Origin: Eubacteriales bacterium
GTDB taxonomy: Bacteria; Bacillota; Clostridia; Oscillospirales; CAG-382
DNA length: 64,000 bases
Assembly (NCBI GenBank): GCA_045536535.1
Contig: JAZSNS010000031.1
Location: 64,934-128,933, forward strand
Reading direction: 5' to 3'
The first letter of the stretch is position 1; the number at the start of each line of letters is the position of its first letter. The notes beneath the pieces are model-generated. The model worked only from the letters and a program-made list of their open reading frames with translations. It searched no databases and was not told the DNA's origin. This document shows, piece by piece, positions 18,293-27,412 of the stretch. The translations under genes were made by a program, and so were the position numbers.

Positions 18293-20578
18293 ATGAACAA
18301 ATACGAAGGCTTGGTCGGTAAAGTCCTCGACGGCAGATATAAAATACTTGAACTTGTCGGCATGGGCGGCATGGCTTGCGTTCTTAAAGCGCAGGACCTT
18401 GTTATGAACCGCATCGTTGCTATTAAAATACTTAATGATGAATACAACGGAAACGAGCAAGCAGAGGCCAGATTCATCGACGAATCCAAAGCCGTTGCTA
18501 TGCTTTCAAACAAAAACATCGTCAGTGTTTATGACGTTGCTATTTATCCCGATATCAAATATATCGTCATGGAGTTTCTCGACGGTATCACTTTGCGTGA
18601 ATATCTTGACAACAAGGGTGTAATCGGTTGGAAAGAAGCGTGTATTTACATTCTTAAAATCCTCCGTGCGCTCGAACATGCTCACAGCAAAGGCATTATT
18701 CACCGTGATATCAAACCTCAAAATGTGATTCTTATGAAGAACGGTGATATAAAAGTCACCGACTTCGGCATTGCAAAGCTGCCTAACTCTGTTTCGGAGC
18801 AGAACAACGAAAAGGCAGTCGGAACCGTTTATTACATCTCACCCGAGCAGGCATGCGGACAGGAAACCGATTATTATTCCGATATCTATTCTGTCGGCAT
18901 TATGCTCTACGAAGCGGTTACAGGCACGCTTCCTTTCACCGCGGAAACCCCGATGGAAGTTGCGCTTATGCAGGTCAACGATGAGCCTGTGCATCCTCGC
19001 GACATTGTGCTTGACGTCCCTGTCGGCGTTTCGCAGATCATTTTAAAAGCGATGGAAAAATCGCCTTCTGACAGATTCCAATCGGCTCACACGATGGCAA
19101 AAGCGATCGAATGGGTTCTCAGAAACCCCGACGTTATTTTTGCTATGGATGCTGCCGTTGCAGAAGAAAGTCAATTCGGCAAAACGAGCGTTGTTTCTAT
19201 CGATATGATCGATACCGCAGAGATCGTGCCTTTCGGCGAAGACGATATTGAAGATACGCTTCCCGAAAAAAAGGTTGCGGTTGTCGGCGGTGCAAAAGGT
19301 GCGAAAAACGGCGACAAAACCAAGAAAAAGAAGAAACCCTCGAAATTTAATAAAAGCATGTTTCCTATCGTCGCAGGGATTTCAATCTCAGCAATCATCG
19401 TCATCGTTTGCCTTATCGGCTTTGTCGGATGCGAGGTCATCAGAGAATTCACCTCCAACGACAACGATGTTGCCGAAGTTGAATATCCCGACATTATCGG
19501 CAAAACCTTCAACGATGAGCTCAAAGATGATTTGAAGAACTCATCGGTTCACGGTGCGGAATTTGTCATTGATGATAAAACCGAAATTATTTACGACTTC
19601 GACGAAGACTACGACCATAACAAAATTCTCAGAACCGAGCCGCCTGCGGGCCACAAGAGCAAGCCCAACAACGGCGTTCTCCATTTTGACAAGATCGTTG
19701 TCAACTGGTCCGAAAAGGTTACTATGCCCGACGTGATCGGACTTCCGAAAACAAACGTAAAGAAAATGCTCGAAGACCTCGATCTCAAAGTGAAATTTGA
19801 AATCGAAATCAATCTCGACAACCCTTATTATTTTGACGACCAAGTCGTTGGTGCCTCGATCAAAAGCGGCACACAAATCGACATCGGTACAACCGTAACG
19901 GTTTATGTCTGCAAAAAGGCGCAAACCAAAGACGTTACAGTTCCCGATCTTTTGGGCATGACTGCCGAACAAGCCGAAAAAGAGGCTATTTATTGGGGAT
20001 TTATTTGCGTTAAAGAAGCACGCAGTGATTCGATCGGAAGCAACAAAGTCGTTGAAATGTATCCTGCACCCGGCACGACCGCAACAAGAGGAGACGCAAT
20101 CAGAATCATAATCTCGGTTCCTGCCGACAGTCCTACCGTTCCCGATCTCAAAGGCACAACCCTCGGTGTGGCTCAACACATCATTGATTCTTCACCTGCG
20201 TTCGCTGACACCCAAATCACGCTCACTTATCACTATTTCGCCGCAGATGAGTCAATGAGAAACAGCATTAATGCGCTCAATTACACCAATATCGACGAAT
20301 ATATCGCGATGCTCGTTTCGTTGGATTGTGAAGCGTTGCCCGTCGGTGTTGACCCCGGAAACAATCTGATCGTTTTCCAAAGCGTTCCGGCAAACACACC
20401 GCTGCCGCCGCTTACATACGAAATTCAAGTTATAATCATCACCTATACAAGTTCTGAACCCGGACCCGGACCCGGACCCGGACCCGAGCCTGAACCCGAG
20501 CCCGAACCCGAGCCTGAGCCCGAGCCCGAGCCTGATGTATCGGATCCTTCCGGAGCGGTTTCGGAGGTTGTTTCTTGA
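18293..20578 (+). CDS. prkC: PASTA-domain Ser/Thr protein kinase
   Basis: Hanks kinase motifs (HRDIKPQN, DFGIA, SPEQ), a TM segment (MFPIVAGISISAIIVIVCLIGFV), about three PASTA-like repeats (MPDVIGL.., VPDLLGM.., VPDLKGT..) and a C-terminal GP/EP dipeptide tail. Confidence 0.95.
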   Translation: MNKYEGLVGKVLDGRYKILELVGMGGMACVLKAQDLVMNRIVAIKILNDEYNGNEQAEARFIDESKAVAMLSNKNIVSVYDVAIYPDIKYIVMEFLDGITLREYLDNKGVIGWKEACIYILKILRALEHAHSKGIIHRDIKPQNVILMKNGDIKVTDFGIAKLPNSVSEQNNEKAVGTVYYISPEQACGQETDYYSDIYSVGIMLYEAVTGTLPFTAETPMEVALMQVNDEPVHPRDIVLDVPVGVSQIILKAMEKSPSDRFQSAHTMAKAIEWVLRNPDVIFAMDAAVAEESQFGKTSVVSIDMIDTAEIVPFGEDDIEDTLPEKKVAVVGGAKGAKNGDKTKKKKKPSKFNKSMFPIVAGISISAIIVIVCLIGFVGCEVIREFTSNDNDVAEVEYPDIIGKTFNDELKDDLKNSSVHGAEFVIDDKTEIIYDFDEDYDHNKILRTEPPAGHKSKPNNGVLHFDKIVVNWSEKVTMPDVIGLPKTNVKKMLEDLDLKVKFEIEINLDNPYYFDDQVVGASIKSGTQIDIGTTVTVYVCKKAQTKDVTVPDLLGMTAEQAEKEAIYWGFICVKEARSDSIGSNKVVEMYPAPGTTATRGDAIRIIISVPADSPTVPDLKGTTLGVAQHIIDSSPAFADTQITLTYHYFAADESMRNSINALNYTNIDEYIAMLVSLDCEALPVGVDPGNNLIVFQSVPANTPLPPLTYEIQVIIITYTSSEPGPGPGPGPEPEPEPEPEPEPEPEPDVSDPSGAVSEVVS
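20456..20533 (+). repeat. 13 tandem hexanucleotide units (GAR/GGA-CCN) encoding EP(GP)4(EP)8 inside prkC
   Basis: Read directly: gaaccc ggaccc x4, then gagcct/gaaccc/gagccc variants x8. In frame with prkC. Confidence 0.9.
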
Positions 20579-21462
20579 AGATTATAGAAAAAGAAGGGTT
20601 GATCCTTTCAGGGAAAAACGGACAATACACCGTTGAATGCGAAGGCGAAAGAATCATCTGCCGTTCGGGAACGAAGGTCAGAAAATTCGAGGGCAAGATC
20701 CTTGCAGGAGACAAAGTTATTTTTCGTGACAACGGCGACGGAAACGGATTTATCACTTCCCTGCTTCCCCGAAAGAACCACCTCATTCGTCCCGCAGTCG
20801 CAAACATTGACACACTTGTCATGGTTGTTGCGCCTAAGGACCCCGAACCCTATCTTTACAATATCGACCTCTTAACCGTCATTGCCGCAAAAAACGATAT
20901 TGAATGTGCAATCGTTGTTTCTAAAAGCGACCTTGACGATTGCAACGATATCAAGGCTACATATGAAAAAACGCCTTTTAAGGTTTTTGAAACAAGTTCC
21001 CGAAAAGGCGAAGGTATCGACGAAGTTAAATCATTTTTAAAGGGAAAAATATGCGTCCTTTGCGGCGCATCGGGCGTTGGAAAATCAACGTTGATCAATT
21101 CTCTTTATCCTTTTCTGAATTTACAAACCGGTGAACTTTCGGAAAAAATCGCTCGCGGGAAAAACACCACGCGCACAACGGAGATTTTTTCGCTGGGCAA
21201 CGACACATATCTCGCCGATACACCGGGTTTCACAGCGGTGAACACCGAATTATATTGTCAAATCGACCACAAGGAACTCGAAGGTTTGTTCCTCGAATTC
21301 AATGACTTCAAAGCCGACTGCCGCTATGCCGACTGCACACACACAAAGGAAAAAGAATGCGGAATTGCATACGCTGTCGAAGACGGTCGTATTTCGGGTT
21401 CGCGCCACGAAAGTTACAAAAAATTATATGATGAACTCAAAAACATCGACAGGTATAAATGA
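20575..21462 (+). CDS. rsgA: ribosome small-subunit-dependent GTPase A
   Basis: Circularly permuted GTPase with a VSKSDL segment, GASGVGKSTLIN, DTPGF and a C-terminal Cys cluster (CRYADCTHTKEKEC). TTG start overlaps the prkC stop. Confidence 0.94.
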   Translation: MKIIEKEGLILSGKNGQYTVECEGERIICRSGTKVRKFEGKILAGDKVIFRDNGDGNGFITSLLPRKNHLIRPAVANIDTLVMVVAPKDPEPYLYNIDLLTVIAAKNDIECAIVVSKSDLDDCNDIKATYEKTPFKVFETSSRKGEGIDEVKSFLKGKICVLCGASGVGKSTLINSLYPFLNLQTGELSEKIARGKNTTRTTEIFSLGNDTYLADTPGFTAVNTELYCQIDHKELEGLFLEFNDFKADCRYADCTHTKEKECGIAYAVEDGRISGSRHESYKKLYDELKNIDRYK

Positions 21463-21476
21463 TTCGGAGGATATTT

Positions 21477-22172
21477 ATGTTCATGGGATTTTTTACGATA
21501 TCAAATCTACCCACCGTTTTAGGTTTGATATCAGCTTTAACGGCATGTTTTCTTGCCGGAAACGGTAACGTCAAATTTGGCATTTACATGATGTTTCTCG
21601 CATGCATTTGCGACGTGATCAACGAAAATATCGTAAAGAGAACCGAAAAAAAGACTCCGAGTCATACCGTTTTCGCAAATCAACTCATTGATTTATGCAA
21701 AATGGCGGTTTTCGGAATCGCACCTTGCTTTATTCTCTTTTCGTTTGGTTTCGACGGTTGGTTTGACACGGCTATCTACTGCATTTATATCGCATGTGCG
21801 GCAATAAGAGTCTCAACACAAAAGACTTTGGAACTTTCAAACCTCAACCCCAAAAAGAAATACAAGAGAAATCGCGGCATTCCGCTCAGCACAACGGTTT
21901 ATGTTCTCACGTTCCTCTTCTTGCTCACAACGTTTATTCCCGCTGTAGTTACCGTTTGGTTCGCGAGGATATTCTTACTTGCTTTGAGTGTCGGCTTTGT
22001 TCTTAACATCAAGATCAAACGCCCCGGTATCAAGCGTTCGGTTCTTATCCTCGGTATAGAATTGGCATTGTTGCTTATTCTCCTTGTTGTAGGAAACTGC
22101 AAAGCACCGATCGAAGAAAGCCCCGATACCGTAATCGAGGATGTCTCGACCGGCGAAACGTCAGAAGTTTAA
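21477..22172 (+). CDS. membrane protein, degenerate CDP-alcohol phosphatidyltransferase-like
   Basis: About six hydrophobic helices. The segment CDVINENIVKR...FANQLIDLCKMAVFGIAP aligns by eye with the DxxDGxxAR...GxxxDxxxD..FGxAP signature, but most signature residues are substituted. Start is at ATG 21477 (GGAGG 6 nt upstream). The track start at 21459 is also possible. Confidence 0.7.
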   Translation: MFMGFFTISNLPTVLGLISALTACFLAGNGNVKFGIYMMFLACICDVINENIVKRTEKKTPSHTVFANQLIDLCKMAVFGIAPCFILFSFGFDGWFDTAIYCIYIACAAIRVSTQKTLELSNLNPKKKYKRNRGIPLSTTVYVLTFLFLLTTFIPAVVTVWFARIFLLALSVGFVLNIKIKRPGIKRSVLILGIELALLLILLVVGNCKAPIEESPDTVIEDVSTGETSEV

Positions 22173-22185
22173 AAACGACCATAAT

Positions 22186-22216
22186 AAAAATCCACCCGAC
22201 ACGGGTGGATTTTTTT
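22186..22216. terminator. bidirectional rho-independent terminator
   Basis: AAAAA-TCCACCC-gacac-GGGTGGA-TTTTTTT between convergent genes. Confidence 0.8.
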
Positions 22217-22223
22217 ATGACAA

Positions 22224-23309
22224 TTATTGATAATCAACGAAGATAAGAGGATTCACGGCTTCACCGTCAACATAAACCTCGAAATGAAGGTGGGGACCGG
22301 TTGAATTACCGGTAGATCCGATCTTACCGACTTCGTCACCTGCGGAAACAACATCACCGACCTCAACCGAGCGTTCACTGAAATGTGCATAAAGAGTATG
22401 AACACCGTCGCCATGATCAATAACAACACAGTTGCCGTAACCGCCGTGCCATTCAGAAAGAACGACAACGCCGTCAGCAGCCGCAACAGCAGGATCGCCG
22501 TAGCAACTTCCGTGCTGAGCGATATCTATACCTTTGTGGGTTCTTCCCCATCTCGGTCCCATATAGGAAGTGATGATTCCGTCATAAGGTTTTGTGAAAG
22601 TTCCGAGTGTGGCGGTTTTGATGCCGTCGGAACAAGTGCCGACACGAACGATTTCATCAGATGCATCGCTAATTACTTCAAACGAAACAACGTTGCGTTC
22701 GGTGACAACACCGTTGATAGAAACGATCTGATAGGTTTCTGTGCCTTCACCGTTGTATCCTTTGGAAACAACCTTTTCAACGCCGTCACGAAGACCGTCA
22801 GTGAAGATTTTCTTTGACTGATACTCGATAACGACCGTATCGCTCAAAGTCTGAACCGATTTGACCGAAAGTTCAACAGAAAGGGTTTCGCCTTTATAAG
22901 TCTTTACATCGCCCGAAAGAAGCGATGCGGCTTTATCGGAACCGACAAAAGATGCCACAGGATACTTGCCCGAAACGATCTTAACATCATTGTTGAAACT
23001 GTTTTCCAAAGATGTATCAATACCGAGCGCGGCAACACGTTCCGCGAGAGCGGCATCGACCGCTTTATTTGCCGATTCGGCAGAACTCAAAGCGGCGATA
23101 AAGTTGCCGTCAACATAAATGCCTTCGCCGGAACGCTTTTCGGAAACCTCGGTTTTTTCGGAAACCTCAGCAGAAGAGCTCGAGTTATCATCGGAATTAT
23201 TACCTGCAAACACGAAGATACAAGAAATAGTGACAACAACCGCCAAAATGGCTATGACAGTAAATCTGTATTTTTTAAGTGATTCGAATAACTTTGAAAT
23301 GTAACTCAA
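22224..23309 (-). CDS. M23-family metallopeptidase with N-terminal membrane anchor
   Basis: The HKGIDI...HGGYGNCVVIDHG...STGPHLHFEV motifs are the M23/LytM signature. N-terminal TM segment is FTVIAILAVVVTISCIFVFA. Confidence 0.92.
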   Translation of the reverse strand: MSYISKLFESLKKYRFTVIAILAVVVTISCIFVFAGNNSDDNSSSSAEVSEKTEVSEKRSGEGIYVDGNFIAALSSAESANKAVDAALAERVAALGIDTSLENSFNNDVKIVSGKYPVASFVGSDKAASLLSGDVKTYKGETLSVELSVKSVQTLSDTVVIEYQSKKIFTDGLRDGVEKVVSKGYNGEGTETYQIVSINGVVTERNVVSFEVISDASDEIVRVGTCSDGIKTATLGTFTKPYDGIITSYMGPRWGRTHKGIDIAQHGSCYGDPAVAAADGVVVLSEWHGGYGNCVVIDHGDGVHTLYAHFSERSVEVGDVVSAGDEVGKIGSTGNSTGPHLHFEVYVDGEAVNPLIFVDYQ

Positions 23310-23474
23310 AAATTCTCCTCCATAATATCATTCCGAGATAGATTGTATACCATAAATGTTAACGCAATGTTACGTAATCTTAAATTTTTTTCATTTGTCT
23401 TTTTAAACGATGTCCGTTGGGCACAATTTTTCATGGTGTTTTGTCGTTATAGTGCATTTATTTAATGAAAACTA

Positions 23475-23503
23475 TTGAAAAAGAAGAAATGCGGTTGTAT
23501 AAT
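23475..23503 (+). promoter_or_regulatory. sigma-A-type promoter for ilvE
   Basis: TTGAAA (23475-23480), 17-nt spacer, TATAAT (23498-23503). Confidence 0.5.
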
Positions 23504-23541
23504 TTATTGTAGTTTCAAACGCATTGAAAGGACTAATCAAA

Positions 23542-24606
23542 ATGCAGATCACAAAAACACTCACCACCACACCGAAAGACAAGCCCACAGGCGCGCTCGG
23601 ATTCGGCAAGATATTCACCGATCATATGTTCATCATGGATTACAACACCGAAAACGGTTGGCATGATGCAAGAATCGTTCCTTTTGCAGATATTTCTCTT
23701 TCGCCCGCATGCATGGTTTTCCATTACGGTCAGGAAATGTTCGAAGGCATGAAAGCCTATCGCGCAAAAGACGGCAGAGTTTTGCTTTTCCGTCCCGAAA
23801 AGAATATCGAAAGAATGAACAACACCAACCTTCGCATGTGCATTCCGCAGGTCAATGTTGACGATGTGCTTCAAGCGATCGAAGAACTTGTTATGGTTGA
23901 CAAGGATTGGATCCCTTCCGATCCCGGAACCTCGCTCTACATCCGTCCGTTCATCATCGCGACCGATCCCTTCCTTGGTGTTCACCCCTCGCACACCTAC
24001 AAATTCATGATCATTCTCTCGCCCTCGGGTTCTTATTACGCCGGCGGTCTTGCGCCCGTCAAAATCTGCGTTGAGGACGAATATGTTCGCGCGGTCAAGG
24101 GCGGCACAGGTTACGCAAAGGTCGGCGGCAACTATGCAGCTTCGCTCAAAGGCCAGGAAAAGGCAGAACAGCTCGGATACGCTCAGGTGCTTTGGCTTGA
24201 CGGTATCGAACACAAATACATCGACGAAGTCGGAGCGATGAACGTTTTCTTCGTTATCGGCGACAAGGTCATCACGCCGAAACTTGAAGGCAACATTCTT
24301 CCCGGCGTTACCAGAGATTCCGTAATCTGCTATCTCAAAGCAAAAGGTTACACCGTTGAAGAACGCAGAATTTCCATCGACGAAGTTTATGAAGCAGGCA
24401 TGAGCGGCGAATTGAAGGAAATGTTCGGCACAGGAACCGCCGCAGTAATTTCGCCCGTAGGTTTGCTTGATTGGAACGGCAAAAAGCTCGAAATCAATAA
24501 CGGCGAAATCGGAACCGTTTCGCAGATGCTTTACGATGAAATCACCGGCATTCAGTTCGGTAACAAGGAAGATGAATTCGGATGGAGTCACGAAATCAAG
24601 AGATAA
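23542..24606 (+). CDS. ilvE: branched-chain amino-acid aminotransferase
   Basis: Fold-type IV PLP enzyme with FEGMKAYR, GGTGYAKVGGNYA, EVGAMNVF and PGVTRDS motifs. Start is at ATG 23542 (MQITKTL), preceded by AAAGGA. Confidence 0.95.
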   Translation: MQITKTLTTTPKDKPTGALGFGKIFTDHMFIMDYNTENGWHDARIVPFADISLSPACMVFHYGQEMFEGMKAYRAKDGRVLLFRPEKNIERMNNTNLRMCIPQVNVDDVLQAIEELVMVDKDWIPSDPGTSLYIRPFIIATDPFLGVHPSHTYKFMIILSPSGSYYAGGLAPVKICVEDEYVRAVKGGTGYAKVGGNYAASLKGQEKAEQLGYAQVLWLDGIEHKYIDEVGAMNVFFVIGDKVITPKLEGNILPGVTRDSVICYLKAKGYTVEERRISIDEVYEAGMSGELKEMFGTGTAAVISPVGLLDWNGKKLEINNGEIGTVSQMLYDEITGIQFGNKEDEFGWSHEIKR

Positions 24607-25799
24607 TCGACCAAGAAAATATTTTTGAAGAAGCGGAGTCAAACTCCGCTTCTTTCGAAGAACAGGAAATTTCAAAACCGCAACCAAAAAGATCCAAAAA
24701 TCCGTTCAAATCGCCTTTGTTTACAAAAGGTTTTTGGTGCTTGATTATCTTTTTCTGTTGTTCGGCATTTATATACATTTTATCAAGGTTCAATTCGGAT
24801 TTCGCAGAATTTTGGACCGTTTATCCCGCGCAGGCGTTGCGTTTCATTCTCGCCAAACTCAGCGGTTGGGTTCCCTTTTCGCTCGCCGAATGTCTGCTTT
24901 TGTTGTTGCCGATCCTTGCGATCACATATATCATCGCTTCAACCATTTCTACCAAGCGCGACGAAAGCGATGAAAACTTCTGCCGCTGGCTACGCCCGTT
25001 GATCTCGACCATTTTGGTCATCTCAACCATTTTCTTTTCGGGGTTCGGCCCCGCATACGGCAGAAAGCATTTATCGGACAATCTCGGGCTCGAACAAGAA
25101 CCGGTTTCCGCAAAGCAACTTTACAACACAGGCGTTATTTTGATTGAAGAGGTCTCAGAGGATATCAAAAAAGTCGAATTTGATCCCTCGGGCGCTTCTA
25201 TCATGCCTTATGATTACGACACTTTGAAAGAAAAAGTCAATGAAGCGTTCGGAAAATATGCGAAGGATGCCGATTACATCTCGCATTTCCGTTCAAATCC
25301 GAAAGCGATTGCGTTATCAAAGCCGATGACTTACACGCATATTTCAGGTGTTTACACATTCATGACAGGCGAATCCAACATCAACACAAATTATCCCGAT
25401 TTTCTTGTTCCGTTTACGATGGCGCATGAGATGGCACATCAGCGCGGTATCGCACGCGAAGACGAAGCCAATTTCGTTGCCTTTTTGGTTTGCATCGGCA
25501 GTGATGATGCATATATCAGATATTGCGGATATGCCAACATGCTTCATTACATCAACGGTGCGCTCTCTACCGCAAACACAGAAAAGAGCGTTGAACTTTA
25601 TTACCAAAAAACGCCGATCGAATTAAGAAAAGAGTTCGCGGCTTACTCGCTGTTCTTCGATGAATACCGCGACAGCACCGCAAGCGAAGTCACGGGCGCT
25701 GTCAACAACACCTTCCTGCAATCGCAAGGACAATCGGCAGGAACGAAAAGTTACGGTTTGGTCGTTGACCTCGCAGTTGCTTATTACAAAGGAAAATAA
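24582..25799 (+). CDS. DUF3810-like membrane-associated zinc-metallopeptidase-motif protein
   Basis: 405 aa with N-terminal TM helices and an HEMAHQRG (HExxH) motif. Overlaps the ilvE end by 25 nt. Confidence 0.85.
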   Translation: MESRNQEIIDQENIFEEAESNSASFEEQEISKPQPKRSKNPFKSPLFTKGFWCLIIFFCCSAFIYILSRFNSDFAEFWTVYPAQALRFILAKLSGWVPFSLAECLLLLLPILAITYIIASTISTKRDESDENFCRWLRPLISTILVISTIFFSGFGPAYGRKHLSDNLGLEQEPVSAKQLYNTGVILIEEVSEDIKKVEFDPSGASIMPYDYDTLKEKVNEAFGKYAKDADYISHFRSNPKAIALSKPMTYTHISGVYTFMTGESNINTNYPDFLVPFTMAHEMAHQRGIAREDEANFVAFLVCIGSDDAYIRYCGYANMLHYINGALSTANTEKSVELYYQKTPIELRKEFAAYSLFFDEYRDSTASEVTGAVNNTFLQSQGQSAGTKSYGLVVDLAVAYYKGK

Positions 25800-25825
25800 A
25801 AAGAGCGCGTTTGCGCTCTTTTTTC
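25797..25825. terminator. bidirectional rho-independent terminator
   Basis: AAAAA-AGAGCGC-gttt-GCGCTCT-TTTTT between convergent genes. Confidence 0.8.
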
Positions 25826-26928
25826 TATCTTATCAACATTTCAAACGCGGTCAACACGGCGAGAAAGCCAAAATTAAGCAGAGAGAACCTCGCGATATAA
25901 CCTGCCGTTCTGCCCGGTTGGTCTTTGCAGTATTCACGGAAGGTAATAAGGCTCGCAAGCGAAGCGATAAGCGTTCCGACGCCGCCGATATTGACACCTA
26001 TGAGAAGCGACGGATAATCATTCGTAAACTGTGAAAGCAGAACCGCAGAGGGAACGTTGCTGATGAATTGACAGGAAAGAACGCTGAAAATCAGAGTGTT
26101 CTTTTCGAGCAATCCCGAAAGAAGTTCTTTGACGGGTTCGATACGCGCCATATTTCCTGCGAAAATGAAGAAAAATACGAACGTCAACAGCAACGGATAA
26201 TCAACATCGCGCAGAGCCTTTCTGTCAACGAAAAACAAAACGGCGGGAATAACAATGAGCCCGATCGAATAATGGATGCCGCGAAAAACAACGGCTATGG
26301 AAAGCGCGAAAAGCAAAAGAAGTAAAATCGTTCTGGCACGCGGTATGAAAATCGGCTCGTCCTCCTGAACGATCTGTTCCGGGCGGATAAAAAGGCAACA
26401 AACGGTTATCAACACCACTGAAACGACAAAAGGCAGGAACATTATTTTCACAAATTCAGCGTCGGGAATCGAAAACTTCGAATAAAGAAAAAGGTTTTGA
26501 GGATTGCCGAACGGCGTGAGCATACCACCCAGGTTCGCGGCAATGTTTTGCATGATAAACGTAAATGCCATATATTTTTCTTTACCCGTTGTTTTCAAAA
26601 CGAGATAACCGAGAGGTAAGAAGGTGAGAAGCGCCATATCGTTCGCGATGAGCATCGAGCCGATAAACGTGATATAAACAAGCGCGAGAACGGCAGATCG
26701 GATCGTTTTGAAGCGAGAGACGAGTTTTCCCGCAAGTATATAAAAGAAATTTATATTCCGCAACGCACAAACAACGGCAAGAACGCAAAAAAGGCAGGAA
26801 AGAGTTTTGAAATCAAAATAATTGATATATTCGGCATCAATCGGCACGAAAAACACCGTCAACAAAGCCGCAACAAACGCGATCACCATGACGGTGTTCT
26901 TTTTCACGAAAGACTTTACGGCGTGCAT
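25825..26928 (-). CDS. ArsB/NhaD (CitMHS-like) superfamily anion permease
   Basis: 367 aa with about 10-11 hydrophobic helices. Its composition resembles citrate-transporter-like permeases. The family call is from general resemblance only. Confidence 0.75.
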   Translation of the reverse strand: MHAVKSFVKKNTVMVIAFVAALLTVFFVPIDAEYINYFDFKTLSCLFCVLAVVCALRNINFFYILAGKLVSRFKTIRSAVLALVYITFIGSMLIANDMALLTFLPLGYLVLKTTGKEKYMAFTFIMQNIAANLGGMLTPFGNPQNLFLYSKFSIPDAEFVKIMFLPFVVSVVLITVCCLFIRPEQIVQEDEPIFIPRARTILLLLLFALSIAVVFRGIHYSIGLIVIPAVLFFVDRKALRDVDYPLLLTFVFFFIFAGNMARIEPVKELLSGLLEKNTLIFSVLSCQFISNVPSAVLLSQFTNDYPSLLIGVNIGGVGTLIASLASLITFREYCKDQPGRTAGYIARFSLLNFGFLAVLTAFEMLIR

Positions 26929-27291
26929 ATTCTCTCCCCCTCCTTGAATTTTTATTACGGAGGCAATTATATCACCGAAAAAACAATATTACAATCGTGA
27001 AGTTTTATGAATTTTCAATTGGTTTGAAAACTAAATTATTCACATTGTCAAAGCAGTTATACTTCAAAAATACAGGCGTCGGTAATCCTTTGAGTTTACG
27101 AGCTGCCAAAAGCGCATCTTCATGATCACTTTCGTGAAAAAAACGTGGAAACTTTTTGTTAAAACATGCTTAATTTTCATTAAACCTCTTTAATAAAAAC
27201 GCTTGAAAATCGCAAATGAAAACAGCCGAAAACCGTTGCAAGCAAAAGAAAAACGAGCATTTGCAAGGATTTGCCTCACAAACACTCGTTG

Positions 27292-27366
27292 GAGCTGGTG
27301 GAGGGATTTGAACCCTCGGCCTATTGATTACGAATCAATTGCGCTACCCCTGCGCCACACCAGCAT
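27292..27366 (-). tRNA. tRNA-Thr (anticodon CGT), CCA encoded
   Basis: Hand-folded cloverleaf: acceptor GCTGGTG/CACCAGC, D stem GCGC/GCGC, anticodon stem ATTGA/TCAAT with loop TTCGTAA, T arm GAGGG-TTCAAAT-CCCTC, discriminator T, CCA. Confidence 0.92.
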
Positions 27367-27412
27367 AGCACCCACATAAGCAGGCGCGAAGTGAATTATA
27401 ACATTAAATTCT

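Noticed and set aside
20456-20533. A CRISPR-like or other non-coding repeat array.
   Set aside because: The only regular short repeat in the window is this in-frame 6-nt coding repeat within prkC. No repeat-spacer array and no cas genes were seen anywhere.
24582-24606. The 25-nt overlap between ilvE and the DUF3810-like gene as a possible frameshift or mis-called start.
   Set aside because: No alternative in-frame start exists before the first TM segment of the downstream protein. Both reading frames are intact, so the overlap is accepted as real.
27292-27412. tRNA-Thr as an integration hot-spot (genomic island, prophage or ICE).
   Set aside because: No integrase, no direct repeat of the tRNA 3' end, and no phage or mobile gene occurs on either side. 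The neighbouring genes are cca and a permease.
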